A stretch of DNA of 64,000 bases from the NCBI GenBank assembly GCA_028534125.1, contig CM052817.1, positions 98,582,001-98,646,000 on the forward strand, read 5' to 3'. The position numbers and the translations under genes were made by a program. Origin of the DNA: Lama glama. Taxonomy: Eukaryota. The notes beneath the pieces are model-generated. The model was not told the origin of the DNA, searched no databases, and saw only the letters and a program-made list of their open reading frames with translations. How positions within the stretch are numbered: the first letter of the stretch is position 1; the number at the start of each line of letters is the position of its first letter. Positions 1-13,039 of this stretch are shown here, piece by piece.

Positions 1-472
1 CTGGAGTCTGAATCATATTACTGCAGTTAAAATCTGGGAATTTTCTCATGCCTCATTCATACAAATATTTCAAGAGATTAAATAAGTCTATGTCCGAGTA
101 CATTTCATAAATCTGTATTTGAACAACATGACTCAGCAGTAGAATTGATTTTTAAAAGATAGCAACAAAAACAACAGTGTCCTACTCTTTGAAGACGGCA
201 TGATTTTATTTTCTCTTTGTAAGAAGCCTCTCAAAGAAGTATTGGTCTCTTCTGACAACAATCATAACAGCTCAGTGTTAACACTAAATGTATTTCATTT
301 GGCAAAATTCTTTGGCTTTAAAATGGAATATTTTAAGTAGCCCAAATAAGTAAACCAACTTACAAAGCTACATGAGATATAGTTTGTAACTGAGATTGCG
401 TGAGGATACAACACTACTTAAAATCAGACATTGGCCAGGGGGCTTTAGTTGTTTGTTTTACACAATGTGGTT

Positions 473-543
473 TGAGTTCTGTACCTCAGAGGATGGGAAA
501 CCAATGGACTCAGGGTTTCCTATCCTCTGAGGTACAGAACTCA
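473..543. repeat. Near-perfect inverted repeat (30-bp arms, 11-nt loop)
   Basis: Arms 473-502 and 514-543 are reverse complements at 29/30 positions. Confidence 0.97.
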
Positions 544-1659
544 GAGCTAATTGACAATACTCTCCTGTCTTATAAAACAGAAAACATTGTTGACTATGTA
601 TCTCAACATCTCTAAGTCAAAAAAACTCTTTAATTTTGTCAAATCCTAAGAAACTTTATTTCTTTGGACATATTCTGTGAAAAAAAAAATGTGCTTTGCA
701 GAACAATTTAAAAGCTTTTTTAAAACACAGATAATAAATACTACTTAACTCAATTAATACTACTTAACTACTTACCTTTTTGCCTTAGCCCCAACAAAAC
801 TTCTAGAAATTAATTCACTGTCCCAAAGTTATAATGACCTTAGTTGCTTGGTAGTACCTAGTCCCTGTATTCTTCCTTTGTTCTTTTTTTAATCTTTAAT
901 AATCCAATTATACATTGTTTTAAATTTTTAAGCCAATTCCAAATAAGAAATGAGTAAGCGAAATAGTTTCCTAGATCATAGCAACCTTGCAATCATTTCC
1001 TACTTCTCACATATGCCTGTCTTCCTTAGTTACCGAAAGAATTCTAGAATCAGAATATTTCCTTGTGATGTAGTAGATGATCATTGGCTATTACTATCAC
1101 ATTACTTATATCAAGGTGAGTTTTTCTACTCCAGACAAGAGTACAGGTTAGGCTCCTTTGTAAAGAACACGGAAACTGATCACAGAAAATGTAAAATGTC
1201 TCAGAGAAGGAATGTCTCTACTTGTAACATGTAAGATATAAAAGAATCAAGAAAAGTTGACTGAAGGATGAACATTCCTTATTTTTCATTTCTTAAAATA
1301 TTTAACATTATTGTAACAATATAGAATTATAATTGTCCATGATGATTAGAACTTCAGTATTTATAATGCCAAGTATTAAGTTACATCAAAAGACTTGATC
1401 ACTTTCAATATTGGATTCAAATGCAACATCAAATGCAAAACCATCAAATGCTGCACAGTTGCCCGATAAAGGATACGGAAATAACACTGCAGCAATGTCT
1501 GCCTGGTTTAAACTTATAAGAGCTCAGCTTGACTGGGCTTAGTGGCAAATGGACTAAAATACTGTAATGGCACCTTATTTTAATGTACACACTGTGATGT
1601 CTTCAAGATGGATACCTTAACACTGGTCATTCTCTCTTTCCTGCATCATCAATGTCAAA

Positions 1660-1849
1660 CAGCGGACCTCAATTGGGTGATTTTTACCCCTGGGAGACAT
1701 CTGGCAATGTCTGGAGACATTTTTGGTTGTTACAACTGAGGGTAGTGCTACTGGCATCCAGCCACCTACAATGCACAAAACACCACCCTACCCACAACAA
1801 GGAATTATCCAGCCCCAAAGGGCAATACGGTGTAGGCTGAGAAAAGCTG
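1660..1849 (+). mobile_element. MER20 (hAT-Charlie MITE)
   Basis: Hallmark GGCAATGTCTGGAGACATTTTTGGTTGT...GTGCTACTGGCATC...ACAACAAGGAATTATCC with CAG...CTG termini. Confidence 0.85.
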
Positions 1850-2302
1850 CTACAAGGACTAACATTCAAAAGCTCCTATTGTTGTGCTATGCCTCAGGTT
1901 GCAACAAGGCACCTCAGGTGCTGTGCCTCAGACTGACTCAGGCTGCAATAAGGAAGGAGAAAGGAGAATTTAGGCTGACACATAACTGCTTCTATGGTCA
2001 GTTTAACCTCGGAATGCATTCTACATTTGGGTACTCAAAGCCCATATTCATTAAGCTCTCATTCTAGTCCCATCCTTTAATTCATTCAAAAATCTTCTTT
2101 AGGACATTCCAGGCATAAAATGCTGGAAAACGCCTCTGTATAATTAAGTACAACTTTTAATAAAAGCCCTCAAGGTCACATCTATTTTGAACAAAAGCTC
2201 AGAGAGAAGCTAAACAGAAAAAATTTCATCAATCACTAGTTCTTCAATATCCTCCCTTTAAACTGCTTAAATTTTACTCCCCAAATGAAACTGATTGCTC
2301 AC

Positions 2303-2372
2303 CTGTAATTTTCATGTTTTTATTATAGTTCTGACAGTTCTTTGAAATTTCAGGACTGATCCCAAAGATGCT
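2303..2372 (-). CDS. Candidate 70-nt exon carrying a possible start codon (ATG 2315-2313; M-K-I-T then phase-1 intron); product unknown
   Basis: Acceptor CTGATTTGCATTTTAG|, strong donor CAG|GTGAGC (2302-2297); ATG has A at -3 (AAAAACATGA). One frame is open across the exon (SIFGISPEISKNCQNYNKNMKIT). Confidence 0.5.
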
Positions 2373-3977
2373 CTAAAATGCAAATCAGATGTCCTCACTA
2401 TATTAAAATCTGAATAGTATCACAACAGAAATAACTGAAGTTGAAGTTCTCTGATCAGATGCTTCCTATGAAATATGAAGTAGCTAGACAAACTTTAAGC
2501 TATGCTTTTAATTTATATGCTTCCAAGCTATTCAAATATAAAACAAGCACTAACAAATGGGCAACCTTGTCCATTGCAAGGCTAATAAATCAAAATCGCC
2601 AAGGTAAGTTAACTGCATTTCCAGTGGGTGCAGATTTATCATCAGAGGCCTGATAATCATGCAACCACTAGAAAAAGCAATGTGTTTTCCATGACCTTGG
2701 TCATAATTCACCAACAACACTGACTCGTAACTTTTCACCATTATATCACACTAGGCACACTCTAAAAAAGATTTCAGGATTTTTGGACTTCTAAATGAAC
2801 ACGCATGTGTTCATTTGGTGATATCTTTCTTTTTGACATTAGTACTCAGTTTAAAAAAAAACTATAAACATCTGATACATAAAAAATAGGACAGTGGGTA
2901 AGAAAACTGAAGAAAAGCAAAACTTAAATGTCTGGAATTTTCCTGAAAATGCAGAGTTGGCTAGAAGCTTGAGTTAGTCCAAATACAGAAGGCTCCAAAA
3001 TTTCACCTTTTCAGTAATTACTATATCTCTTACATCTGGCAATTTCTTTTACTTGAATTCCCCATACCAAACTAGTAATAAATCAAGCAGGAATGTCACC
3101 AAAGTTGAAATAAAGTCAGAGAAGCTTTCAAACATTCCATTCTGTAAGTGGTTTTATTTTGATCTCTGTAAGTGGGGAAAGGCCTGGCTGCCACAAATAT
3201 TTCCAAGAGGGAAAAAGTGAGTAAGAGATGCTGATATCTTTCTATGCTTTTCAGAGATTAACTGAAATATAGCAAATCCTTTCAAGAACACAAGATGGAA
3301 GAAACAGGGAATAAATTGTTGCAACAATGGTCAACAAGTCATGGTATATTTACCAAATATAAGCTCTCAAGTTTAGAATGAGAGAGAATAAAAATGATGA
3401 GATTTTTTAAATATTTAAATAGAGGGTTTTTTTTTTTCTTTTTTCTTTTTTCTTTTTTTTTTTTTGTCTTAAGACAATAGGCCAAGTAGCCAGAGGATAA
3501 AATGCTGAAGAAGTTCACCATTTGAAGAATTGCTTAAAATTGAAAGCCTCAATTGGGATCCTGATAGGAATCCTTCCTGAGTGTATAACTTTAGCCTAGT
3601 TATGTAATCACTCAGAGCTCTGATTTTTGCTGTTTGCTTTGTTTTGCTTTGTTTTAGTGTTGGTTCTGGTTTTCTTTTTTTTAAGATTATAAAATCTAGC
3701 TTCCAGAAGGATTATAGCGGTTAACGTATATTAACAGCCTGAAACATGTATTATGTAAGAAAGTGGATGACATTGATTGTTAACTCTCTGACAAAGTAGG
3801 TTATGTGGTCTCCATGTCAGAAGACAAAGAGCAAAGACAGAGGATGGGGAGGAGCTGGCATACTGGGTCCCACACACTTTGCCGGCCCTGATTCTGAAGA
3901 CAGCCCAGACAGCAACCACTGTGGAGATGTTCTGATTGCTGAGTGGAAACAAGTCTGTTGGAAAATTCAAGATTCTA

Positions 3978-4130
3978 ACAATAATAGTAGCTAACATGCC
4001 AGACACAACAATCCAATTGAGGTGGTTCTATCATTTTCTAGTAGTATTGTTCTACAGCTGCAGGAACCAAAAGTCAAAGAAATTGAGGAACTTGCCCAGG
4101 TTAAAGGCAGCAAATGGGAGGCATGTGGTC
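3978..4130 (-). mobile_element. MIR fragment
   Basis: ATAATAGTAGCTAACAT...GAACTTGCCCAGGTTA resembles reverse-orientation MIR. Confidence 0.5.
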
Positions 4131-4689
4131 TAGAGATGTACTATTACCAAAAGCAAACCCAAGAGCATGCAGCAATGGGTATAGAGTGGATTCTGCCTGT
4201 GATGAGTCCTGGATGCCAGCTTCCCACCAAGGTGTTCCTTTTGAGCTTACAGCTGGAGCTAATCATTCTTCTAGACACATCTTTCCTTTAGCCCCCTACC
4301 TTCCCTGGACCAGCTTCTGATGCTCCAGCAGCGTTCTGGCAAAGACTTGAGTTTTAGCAAAGAAGCTAAGATGAACAGCAAGACTAGATTCCAGGAGAGT
4401 CAAGCTTGAATGAGTGGAATGGCCAGAAGCAGGTAAACAACACTGAGACAATATACAAAATTGTTTTTGTTTTTGTCATACAATATCTGAGAGAATGCAA
4501 AAGTTAAAACTGAAGAAGCCAATTTTGACATTAGCAGAATGGGCAAACACAAGGTCTGAAAACAGCCAGCAAAGCCAAAAAATTAGGAACTAAATACACT
4601 CAGGTATGAATTCAAAAACCAAAAGCAAAAATAAAACAACAGGGCCCAGACATTTTCCCTTAAACAAGGGGATTCACAGTGATGAGTAG

Positions 4690-4940
4690 AGGAGGGGAGT
4701 CAGCACCTCAAAGGTCAACTCTCAACCAGTGGGTGATGGAAGTCTATGGATTCCTGCTCCAGACTCCTGTTCTTAGGGTAGACAATTCTGAGAAGCACTC
4801 AGCACAATTCTCCGAGGTTCAGAAGGTATACTGTCCGCATTGCCTATAGCAGCAACCTCAATAACACACCCTTCTTTTGGTTTTCTTTCTTTCACTGCCT
4901 CATGTTCCCCTCTGTCATTCTACAGTGTCTCAAATAAGGT
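4690..4940 (+). mobile_element. ERVL LTR remnant (LTR16-like)
   Basis: GACAATTCTGAG...AGCAACCTCAATAACACACCCTT...CAAATAA motifs typical of the LTR16 group. Confidence 0.55.
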
Positions 4941-6144
4941 AAGAAATTTGCATCTGGATGTACCATGAGCTCATAATTGTAGCTGGAAAGTTATAAAAGG
5001 GACCATAACTCCTACTTTGCCAGATAGCACCAGCTCTTGGTACAGTGGCTCTGTTAGGTTTACAAAACCCTAGCCAAAAGGCAAAGAAAACCCCACCATC
5101 ATCTACCCTCCCAGAGGTAGCAACACATCTCTGGGTGACTCAAGATTACTGAGAATGCCATCACACCCTAAGCCCAATATGGTTAGTGTTTGTACATTGC
5201 TAAGCATTGCACTAACTAGAGAATAAAAAAGGACTCATTCTGGCTTCTTTTGTAATCCTGCATTTTCTGTATAATTGCAATAAAACAGAATTTGAAATTC
5301 TATGCTATTCCCAATAACATAGACTCTTTCCTTAGACAGGAAATACCTTCTTGCAAGCCTTTGGATAGACAAATCTACTGGGGCAACCGTGAGGGAAACT
5401 GGTGTGACCAAAGCTATGCGTGAATGACAAGGGAATATAGACACAAGGCTCTATGGATCTGATGAGCATGAACTGTCCTCAGGAGTTCTGTAAATGCTTT
5501 CAGAGCCCAGGTCGGATGCCTCTCAGTTTGTGGAAAGTCCAGACGGAAAGAATGAACCAGAATAAGAGTCACATCAGAAGGCTTCCTCTATCCTTGCTTC
5601 ACCTTGGCCTTCTGCTGACTGGCCTGTAGAGCCTCCCCACCAAGCAGAAGAGGCACCCTAAGTGCTGTTCAACAAAAGTGGAAGGCTTGGCAGCAACAGG
5701 AGATAAATATATGTCAGTTTAAGGAGAACTCAACCTCCTTGATATTATCCAGCCAGAGGATTCCCTAGTGGATCTGAACTCTGGCATCTGTTATTCTGGA
5801 AGAGAATACTGGCATGGCACCTATGATTGCCTAAGTATACATTTTGTTTATTTATACTTGCTGCAAAGATATACCATATATAACTTTATAAATTTCCTCA
5901 AACACAATAAGGCATTTATTATCAAGTTTTTAAGCATTTTAAAGCATTTATTATCAAATGCTTTATCACATTTGAGGCAATTTATAAAGACATATATGGT
6001 AAAGGACAAAAAAAGAGAGGAAATCAGAGCAGATGGTAAATTAGGAGATAATAATAAGGCAAAACAAGTGGAATATATAAATCACCAACTAGTCTAAGAC
6101 TTTTAAGGGAGAAAAGGAATAGCCACAAAATTATGGACAAATAA

Positions 6145-6395
6145 TATTAACGATACAAATACTTACAGAGTATTTATATACGCCAGTCACTGTTGTAAGC
6201 ACTTGTCAAATATTGTCTCACTTTATCTTTACCACAACCCTGTTGAGTAGGAACTATCTTTTTCTCCATTTTATAGGTGGGGAGGGAGAAGAAACAAGGT
6301 AATTTACCCCAGGCCACACACCTTGGAAACAGTGGCACTAGGAGTCAAATTCAGGCAGTGTGGCCCCTAAGCCCGTACTCTCATCTACCAACTTA
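6145..6395 (-). mobile_element. MIR SINE
   Basis: Near full-length reverse MIR with CCATTTTATAGGTGGGGA core and TTACCCCAGGCCACAC. Confidence 0.8.
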
Positions 6396-6449
6396 TGCTG
6401 GTAACTGTCCCCAAAAGGGAAGGAATCAGGAACACAAAGAAACTGAAAA

Positions 6450-8670
6450 CAGTATGAGAGGGTAATTTGAAAAATACCATGCTAAAAATTTTGAAAACCT
6501 AGAGATATGCTTACAGGGAAATGCACACTACTAAACTCAACCATGTAAAGGAGAGGAAAACTAAAATAAAACCATGGGGGAAAAATGAGGAAGTTGTCAC
6601 AGACCCGCCCCCAAAAAACTGCCAGATTCAGTGCTTTTTTACATTAATGATTTCAAATTTTCAAGGAAGATATAGTTAAATTATTATTTCAAGAATTCCA
6701 GAGCATAGTAATAAACAAAAGAAAAAAGTACATAAAATTATTTCCTGAGTTGGCATAAACTTGGTACCAAAACCTGACCAAAAAATGACTGAAGCAGGAA
6801 CAATGGGTCAATTTTGCTTAGAAATATAAATGCAGGCCTCCTATGCAAAATATTAAAAATTCATATCCAGTGTTTACTTAAAACTAACATCAGAAACATG
6901 TAGCCTTTATACAAAGAAGGCAAGAAAGGTTCAACACTAGGCTATCTATCAATGAAGTCATCACAGTAAGAAAATAAATGAGAGCAACAATTGATCCTGA
7001 AAAATGATATAAAAAACACTGACATCCATGATGATATATTTTTAAGGCTTTTAGTAAACTAGGGATAAAAAGAAATTTCTTCAACATGATCAAAATATTT
7101 TCAAATAAACACAAGTAAAATATCCTTAATGATGAAATACTAGATTAATTCTCATAAAAGATGGAAGCTATCAAACCTTCCCTTATTCTACTATAAACAT
7201 AGTAAGAGGGAGAATAGAAAATTCAGATACATCTACACATAGTGGGGAACTAAGCAGAAGATAGAAGAATAATTTCAAACAAATGGGAAAGAATGAATTA
7301 TAAAACATATATAATTGGGACAATTACTTTTAATTTAGGAAAAAGATATTTTACCTCACATCACAACACACAAAAAATAAATTCCAGAAGCAATAGTTTT
7401 ATATATAAAAATTCAATAATATATTTTTAAAATGAGGATAGTTTTAACTTGAGATTGTTCTTTCTAAGCATGAAACAAAACCAAGAAATCATAAAGGAGA
7501 ATATTGAAAGATTTTACATGTAAAAATTGTAACTTTTATTCAAGAAAATATACCATAAATCAAATTAAAAGACAAACAGAAATATTGAGAAAAATTGCTG
7601 TAGTAAACATGACAAAGAGTTAATATCTTTAATCAATAGAGAGTACTTTTAAAACAATTTAAAAAGATGACCACTACAGTTTAAAAAATATATCAAAAGG
7701 TGCATAAAAGAAATGTAAATAGCCAATAGCTACAAGAAAAAGATGTTCAATCTCATTAATGATAACAATTGTAACAAGAATCTAATACTCAGCTATCTAT
7801 TCAAAAATAATATGACTGTTAATGCCCAGTGTTTGGGGGAGAGAAGGATTTAAGTTAGCGACTCAATTCACTTCTGATAGAAGAGTAAATTGGTACAACT
7901 TTTCTGGAAAGGAATATAGCAACCTACATCAAATCCAAAATATGCCTGTCTTTAAACATTGCAATTCTACCTCTAGGAGTATTTCTAAGGAATTAATTTA
8001 ATAAGTATTCAATGAATTATATATAAAGATATTCCTGGAACAATTATTTAAAACAATGGCTTTTTATTTTTCCCAGACTTATTGAGATATTATTGACATA
8101 TAACATATATGCAATGTGATGATTTTATATATATTGCAAAGTGATTACCACAGTAAAGTTAGTTAACATCTCCTATCCCTTCATGTAACTACACTTACTG
8201 TGGTGATAACATTTCAGATTTACTCTCTTAACAACTTTCAAGTATATAACACTGTATTGTCAATTATAACCACCATGCTGTATAAAACAATGGCATATAT
8301 AAAACAGCATAAATGTACCTCAGTTTATTGGTCAATTTATGATGATTCCATACTATGAAATGTGATTCATTTGTTTAGAAAAATAAGGTGAAAGTTTGAT
8401 ATTTAGAAAGTTCTTTATGACATACTACCACTTGATTAAAGTAGGCTTTAATAAGAAAACAATTATTAATCACATAATGCAATTTATGGAACTAAATAAA
8501 ATTTTTAAGTCTGGAAAGATATAAACAAAAAAGAAGAAAAGAATTTGGAAAAATATAAACCAGTGCTGTCTATAAATGGTTGGATTATGAATATTTTTCT
8601 TCTTTTTGTTTGTATACTTCCTGATTTTTCTCTAATAAATGTGTTTTGCCTTTGTAATATTTATTTAAAT
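6450..8670 (+). mobile_element. Ancient degraded L1 (L1M/L1ME-type) ORF2 and 3' end
   Basis: A-rich strand with ORF2-like motifs (TACCAAAACCTGAC, ATATAAATGCAG...CAAAATATTA, GTAAATTGGTACAACTTTTCTGGAAA); interrupted at 8061-8282. Confidence 0.8.
8061..8282 (-). mobile_element. 5'-truncated younger L1 3' end nested in the older L1
   Basis: T-rich tail then TTATTGAGATATTATTGACATATAACAT...CACCATGCTGTA; exact 12-bp TSD TAAAACAATGGC at 8049-8060 and 8283-8294. Confidence 0.85.
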
Positions 8671-9809
8671 TTCCTACAATCAAAGAATCTAGATTAAAAT
8701 ATCCACCTTTTTAATAGATCCATAAACATTAATAATTTAGACCCATAAACAGAGAACTAATCTGTTTTCATAGAAAACTATTTTTTGCTATTGTGGCAAA
8801 ATACACCAACCTTCCTAGTATTATTTCTTCCATATTTAGTATAAGTGTTTAGTTGCTTCTAAAAATCTAAAATCAAGGGACACAGATAATATAAATACTT
8901 GGTCCAGCTCTTATTATTTTAACCTTCCCAAAGTAAAACGATGTCTCTTCATAGGTCAGTTTTCTTTAAAGTAATATGGGTAATTCAGTGTTGATATCAA
9001 ACACATGCTATTGATTGGCTGACTCATTTTCTACCAATCTAGAAAAATGTCATGATGTCTAATGACACACTATAATATCATGACAGAGCAACTGTTTACA
9101 AGGTAAATTATAATTACAGAAAAATAAAATAAACAGGGGGAAATATAAGATCCTCAAGTTGGCCACATGAAGAATTTTGTGTAAATGTGAAAGAAAACAG
9201 TTTCTTCTGTTTATAAATGATAGTTGGATACCGCTGCAATTAATTTTTAAAATCTCAAATCATGTCCTAGAAGCACTCTGTCTCAAAACAAGTTTGTTAT
9301 TTTAGTCTCCACACTCACTGAGTCTTTCTCCAAAGAAGCTGCCAAACCCAGCACCAGCTGGCCCCTTAGGAACAAGTTTAGGCTAACAGCAGATATTTCT
9401 TTTTGAATTGTTAATAGAGATTGAAAGAACAGAACTGAACTAATCTAAACCTGTTAGATTGGAATAAAGGGTTACAATCAGGAGGGTTTGAATTATGTGG
9501 TAAAAATTCCAAAAATTTCCATTTTCTTCCCTATAAATGCTTATCTGTTGTAAGCATTCTGATTTTTCAAACATCAATTGTAGATAAGGTACCTAGCAAT
9601 TCTCCTGCTCCCTTATGCCTGACTCTTTCTCAGTGTTGTCAGAGTAGTCCTTGGAAGCATTAGTAAAACTCAGAGAAAAATAGGCACAGCAGCATAGCAT
9701 GTGGTACCCAACTCTCACTTCCTTCCCTACTTTCCAGGACTCCATCCACAATATCAATAAAATTCACAGAGATTCAAGTTAATAGGAAAATGGTAAATGC
9801 ATATGACTG

Positions 9810-9960
9810 CTAAAGATTGCTAGTGAGAATGTAAACTGGCTCAACCACTCTACAGGGCAATACATGGCAATGCTCTTTAAAATCTTCATGCCCTTTGACC
9901 CAGTAATTCCCCCAGAACTATTTACATTCAAGTAGGTTTAGCACAGCATTATTTGAGTCA
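9810..9960 (+). mobile_element. L1 fragment
   Basis: TTGCTAGTGAGAATGTAAACTGG...CCCTTTGACCCAGTAATTCC resembles the L1 ORF2 3' region. Confidence 0.6.
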
Positions 9961-10055
9961 CAATGGACTCATTCTTTTGCTGGATCTCTTTTAACTTTGA
10001 TCAGGTGATCAAACTTTGATCCAGACACTGAGCAATCTTTCAGCCTAATGATCTC

Positions 10056-10205
10056 TAATGATTCTCAACCAGGATCCCAAGGGTTGTTTAGAAATGTGGG
10101 CGAGTGTGATGGTCCTATTAGGTGGGGCCAGATGCTACATGCCTGCAATGCCTGGATTATTTTCACATAACAAAGAATTGCCTCACCCAAAATTACCAGT
10201 AATAG
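10056..10205 (+). mobile_element. MER20-like hAT remnant
   Basis: TTCTCAACCAGG start and AACAAAGAATTGCC...CCCAAAAT motif. Confidence 0.45.
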
Positions 10206-10249
10206 AAACTGGTGCTCTGCCCAGATCCCCTCTTCAATGCCAATGCATC

Positions 10250-10644
10250 CACCCTCAAGTTGCAGGGAATACCATTTGCTTATATTTCATAGCTATGTCC
10301 TTCACTGAGCATTGCCTCTGCTGCAGAGAACTGCCTTGCCCAAGGTTATTCTCCCTCCCAGGAAGAACCCACGGGTCATGTCTGGCTGATAAAGGATGCA
10401 GAACACAAAGGTCTGACTCTTTTGCTTCAACTTGGAACAAAGCTTTCTTATCCTTACAGCTTTCTTTAGGACTTGCTGAAAGGTTCAACTGCTATCCTAT
10501 CTGCAGGTCAGTTTCTCCTTCTGCCCAATTTTGCCTTCCTAACTTCTTCACAGGAGTATCTCCTGTAAACACACACATACCAGTAAACTTCTGCACTCGG
10601 TTCTCCTTCTTAGAGTCTGTTCCCACAGAACCCAATTTATGACA
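10250..10644 (+). mobile_element. ERVL solo-LTR remnant (LTR16-like)
   Basis: 3' end AGTAAACTTCTGCACT...TAGAGTCTGTTCCCACAGAACCCAATTTATGACA resembles the LTR16-group terminus. Confidence 0.6.
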
Positions 10645-10669
10645 ATCCTCACTGAGGATTTACAGTGAG

Positions 10670-10760
10670 GATTTTAGTCCATCCCCTCATTTTCCAGATG
10701 AGTAAGGTTAAGGCCTAGAGAAGGTAAAGATCATGCTTAAGGTACAGGGGTAGCTAGTTC
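10670..10760 (-). mobile_element. MIR/MIR3 core
   Basis: CCCCTCATTTTCCAGATGAG...AGGCCTAGAGAAGGTAAA. Confidence 0.65.
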
Positions 10761-12197
10761 AGCACTCACTGCACAGAACAATACATTAAAAATTGTGAGG
10801 AGCTTGAGAAATTGGGAGAGAACTGAATGAGACAGAAAAAATATTAAAAAATATTTACTGTGGGAAATAATAAGTACCCAAGGAAAAGAAAGCAGAATGA
10901 GAATAACAAAAAGCATTTAGATTTGACTAGATGGAGTAATTTCAAATAATGGTAGAGCTTGAGAATCAATACTACTAGTTCTCTGCAATAACAGAAATCT
11001 AAGAAGACTGCCTAAATATTTCAGTTTGGAGAAGACTACTTACTGAATACTCTAATTACTAACAGTTTGCCTAAACTATTGATATTTAGTGTTCATCATC
11101 ACGATGGAGCCCAAAAAATAATAATTAGACATTTTCCTCTCAAAAGCAAACAGTTGGTAGGATATGGAGATTATCCATTGAGGTGAGAGTGAATAAATAC
11201 AAAGCGGTAAGTCAAATTTCCTTCATTTACAACACTTATTCTTCTTTCTTCAGGAAAGGCAGCTAGTTCTAGACACCTACTGCCCACCAAAGAAGTCTCT
11301 CTTAGCCCCAGTTTTCTCTTCTGGGCCATTTGTCAATCTTGAGAGACACATCTCTACCATGACCAATTCCTCCACTCTTATTTTAACATAGTTCTTAAGT
11401 ATGTTATTATTAATATTTTTGCTCCACAATTTTTATACTTACAGTATCTTTGTTCTAAGTGCAGAAATTTCCCTTATTATTTTTAAGAATCAAGTAGAAA
11501 GAACAACAATATTGCTGAAAGTTCCAATTATAGCATTCACAACCACCCCTTCCCCCACACAAAAAAAGAAAAACAAAATATACAGGTTTTGAAGGATTTT
11601 TTGTTATGCTATTCCATACCTGGAATGCAAAACTAAGTTGCAAATTACTAAGACTTTTCATTTTTTTACATGAAAGAAAAACTGCCTTTATCACACTAGA
11701 ACTCTTAATTTTTTTCAGAATCAAAATTAGTTATTTTAAAAGCCAGGGAATAAAGCAAATTGAATGAATGGAATTATAACCAAAGCCAATATGATAAAGA
11801 TAATTTTCCTCAAAACCACATTTGAAAAGAATTTGACATTTTAATGTGAAAACTCACAGAAGTCCTTTGTGTTTAACTAAGCACCTCAAAATATTGTTTT
11901 AAATACTTAACATTTATTTTAAAACATTTTAAGAAGTACTTTTACTATATACGTGTCCAAAAGCAATCCTGAAAAGAGTATTTTTTCTCACTTCAATTAA
12001 AAACTTCCTGCTTTTCAAAGTCTGATAGGTTACAAGCATAAAATACAAGGTTCCTGTTGATTATCTCATGGCATGAAGAGAATCTTGTCCATCAGCTTCA
12101 GGGAGAGTACTACCTAGAATTTACTATTAATAATTTCCTCCTTGTCTCGATCATCTTTGTGAGGTATGGCAGGAAGGAGTCAAATGTTAGGACTCAC

Positions 12198-12360
12198 TCT
12201 TTAAAAAGTTGAAGAATGACAGGAGTTACTGCCAGACCGGACTCTGTTATCAAAACTCTGCTTTTACATCAAAGATCACCATGGTTTTATTTTAGTCATC
12301 CTCTGATTTTATTGGCCACACTCTCTTCATAGTGCATAGAACAATCATGTTTCATTAAAT
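12198..12360 (-). other. Candidate 163-nt 5'UTR exon
   Basis: Acceptor GCTTATTACTTTTTCCAG| (12378-12361) and donor AGA|GTGAGT (12197-12192); repeat-free context; no long ORF. Confidence 0.4.
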
Positions 12361-13039
12361 CTGGAAAAAGTAATAAGCATTCCACATTTTGGGGTTAGCA
12401 ATATGGGCCTCCTCCTGTGTTAAACATGTCCCAGTTAACAGCTAAGTTGACGATTCAAAGGCTAAACTAGAAAAAGTCAGGACAGCTTGACTTTGTTGGT
12501 TTCCCAGTTGTACAGCTTGCAATCTCTCTATTTCATCGAGGTAGTAGGGCACCATAACAGGAACAGATTGTTCCATCAGCAGAACAAAAATTGAACCAGC
12601 AGCAGCTTTCTCCCAAACTGTAACTGTTTTCCAAATGTGCATGCTCTAGTTAGGGCTAAGGTTATTTACTCGAATGCTAATAAAGTTACTGTGGCCACCA
12701 GCTCTCTAAGTTGAATTTAGATGCTGTTCTTTTCTCTCCCGCCTAAAAGATCTGGTCATCTTCCTCGATCTTTTTTCCTAGCTGTAGGTTCTGAACCAAA
12801 TATCCTTTTGTATCTGTGTGAAATTGTGATTTGACACTGATCACTCTGTTTAGCTTGGCATCATTCTGCAAACACTCATACATTTAGAAAAATAACATTT
12901 CCTCAGTATTCTTATAATTATGATTTACTTCTTCTCTATCAGGTTACTTTTAAGACCAATTCTATGATCAAGGTAACAAAAAGACCAGAAACTCTTGGAT
13001 CATGGAAATAGCTTCTTGGTAGATATTCTCTAGTAAATC

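Noticed and set aside
768..870. Minus-strand donor AAG|GTAAGT at ~775
   Set aside because: No pyrimidine-rich acceptor upstream; overlaps a short local AATACTACTTAACT duplication.
1417..1953. Short local repeats (TCAAATGC x3 at ~1417-1451; GTGCT(A/G)TGCCTCAG and CTCAGG(T/C)TGCAA(C/T)AAGG at ~1884-1953)
   Set aside because: Slippage-type micro-duplications with no regular repeat-spacer periodicity; not CRISPR-like.
10058..10642. 194-aa ORF
   Set aside because: Runs across MER20-like and LTR16-like remnants; no recognisable domain.
12442..12867. Minus-strand acceptor at 12866 and 66-aa ORF 12442-12642
   Set aside because: No convincing donor, and the peptide resembles nothing I recognise.
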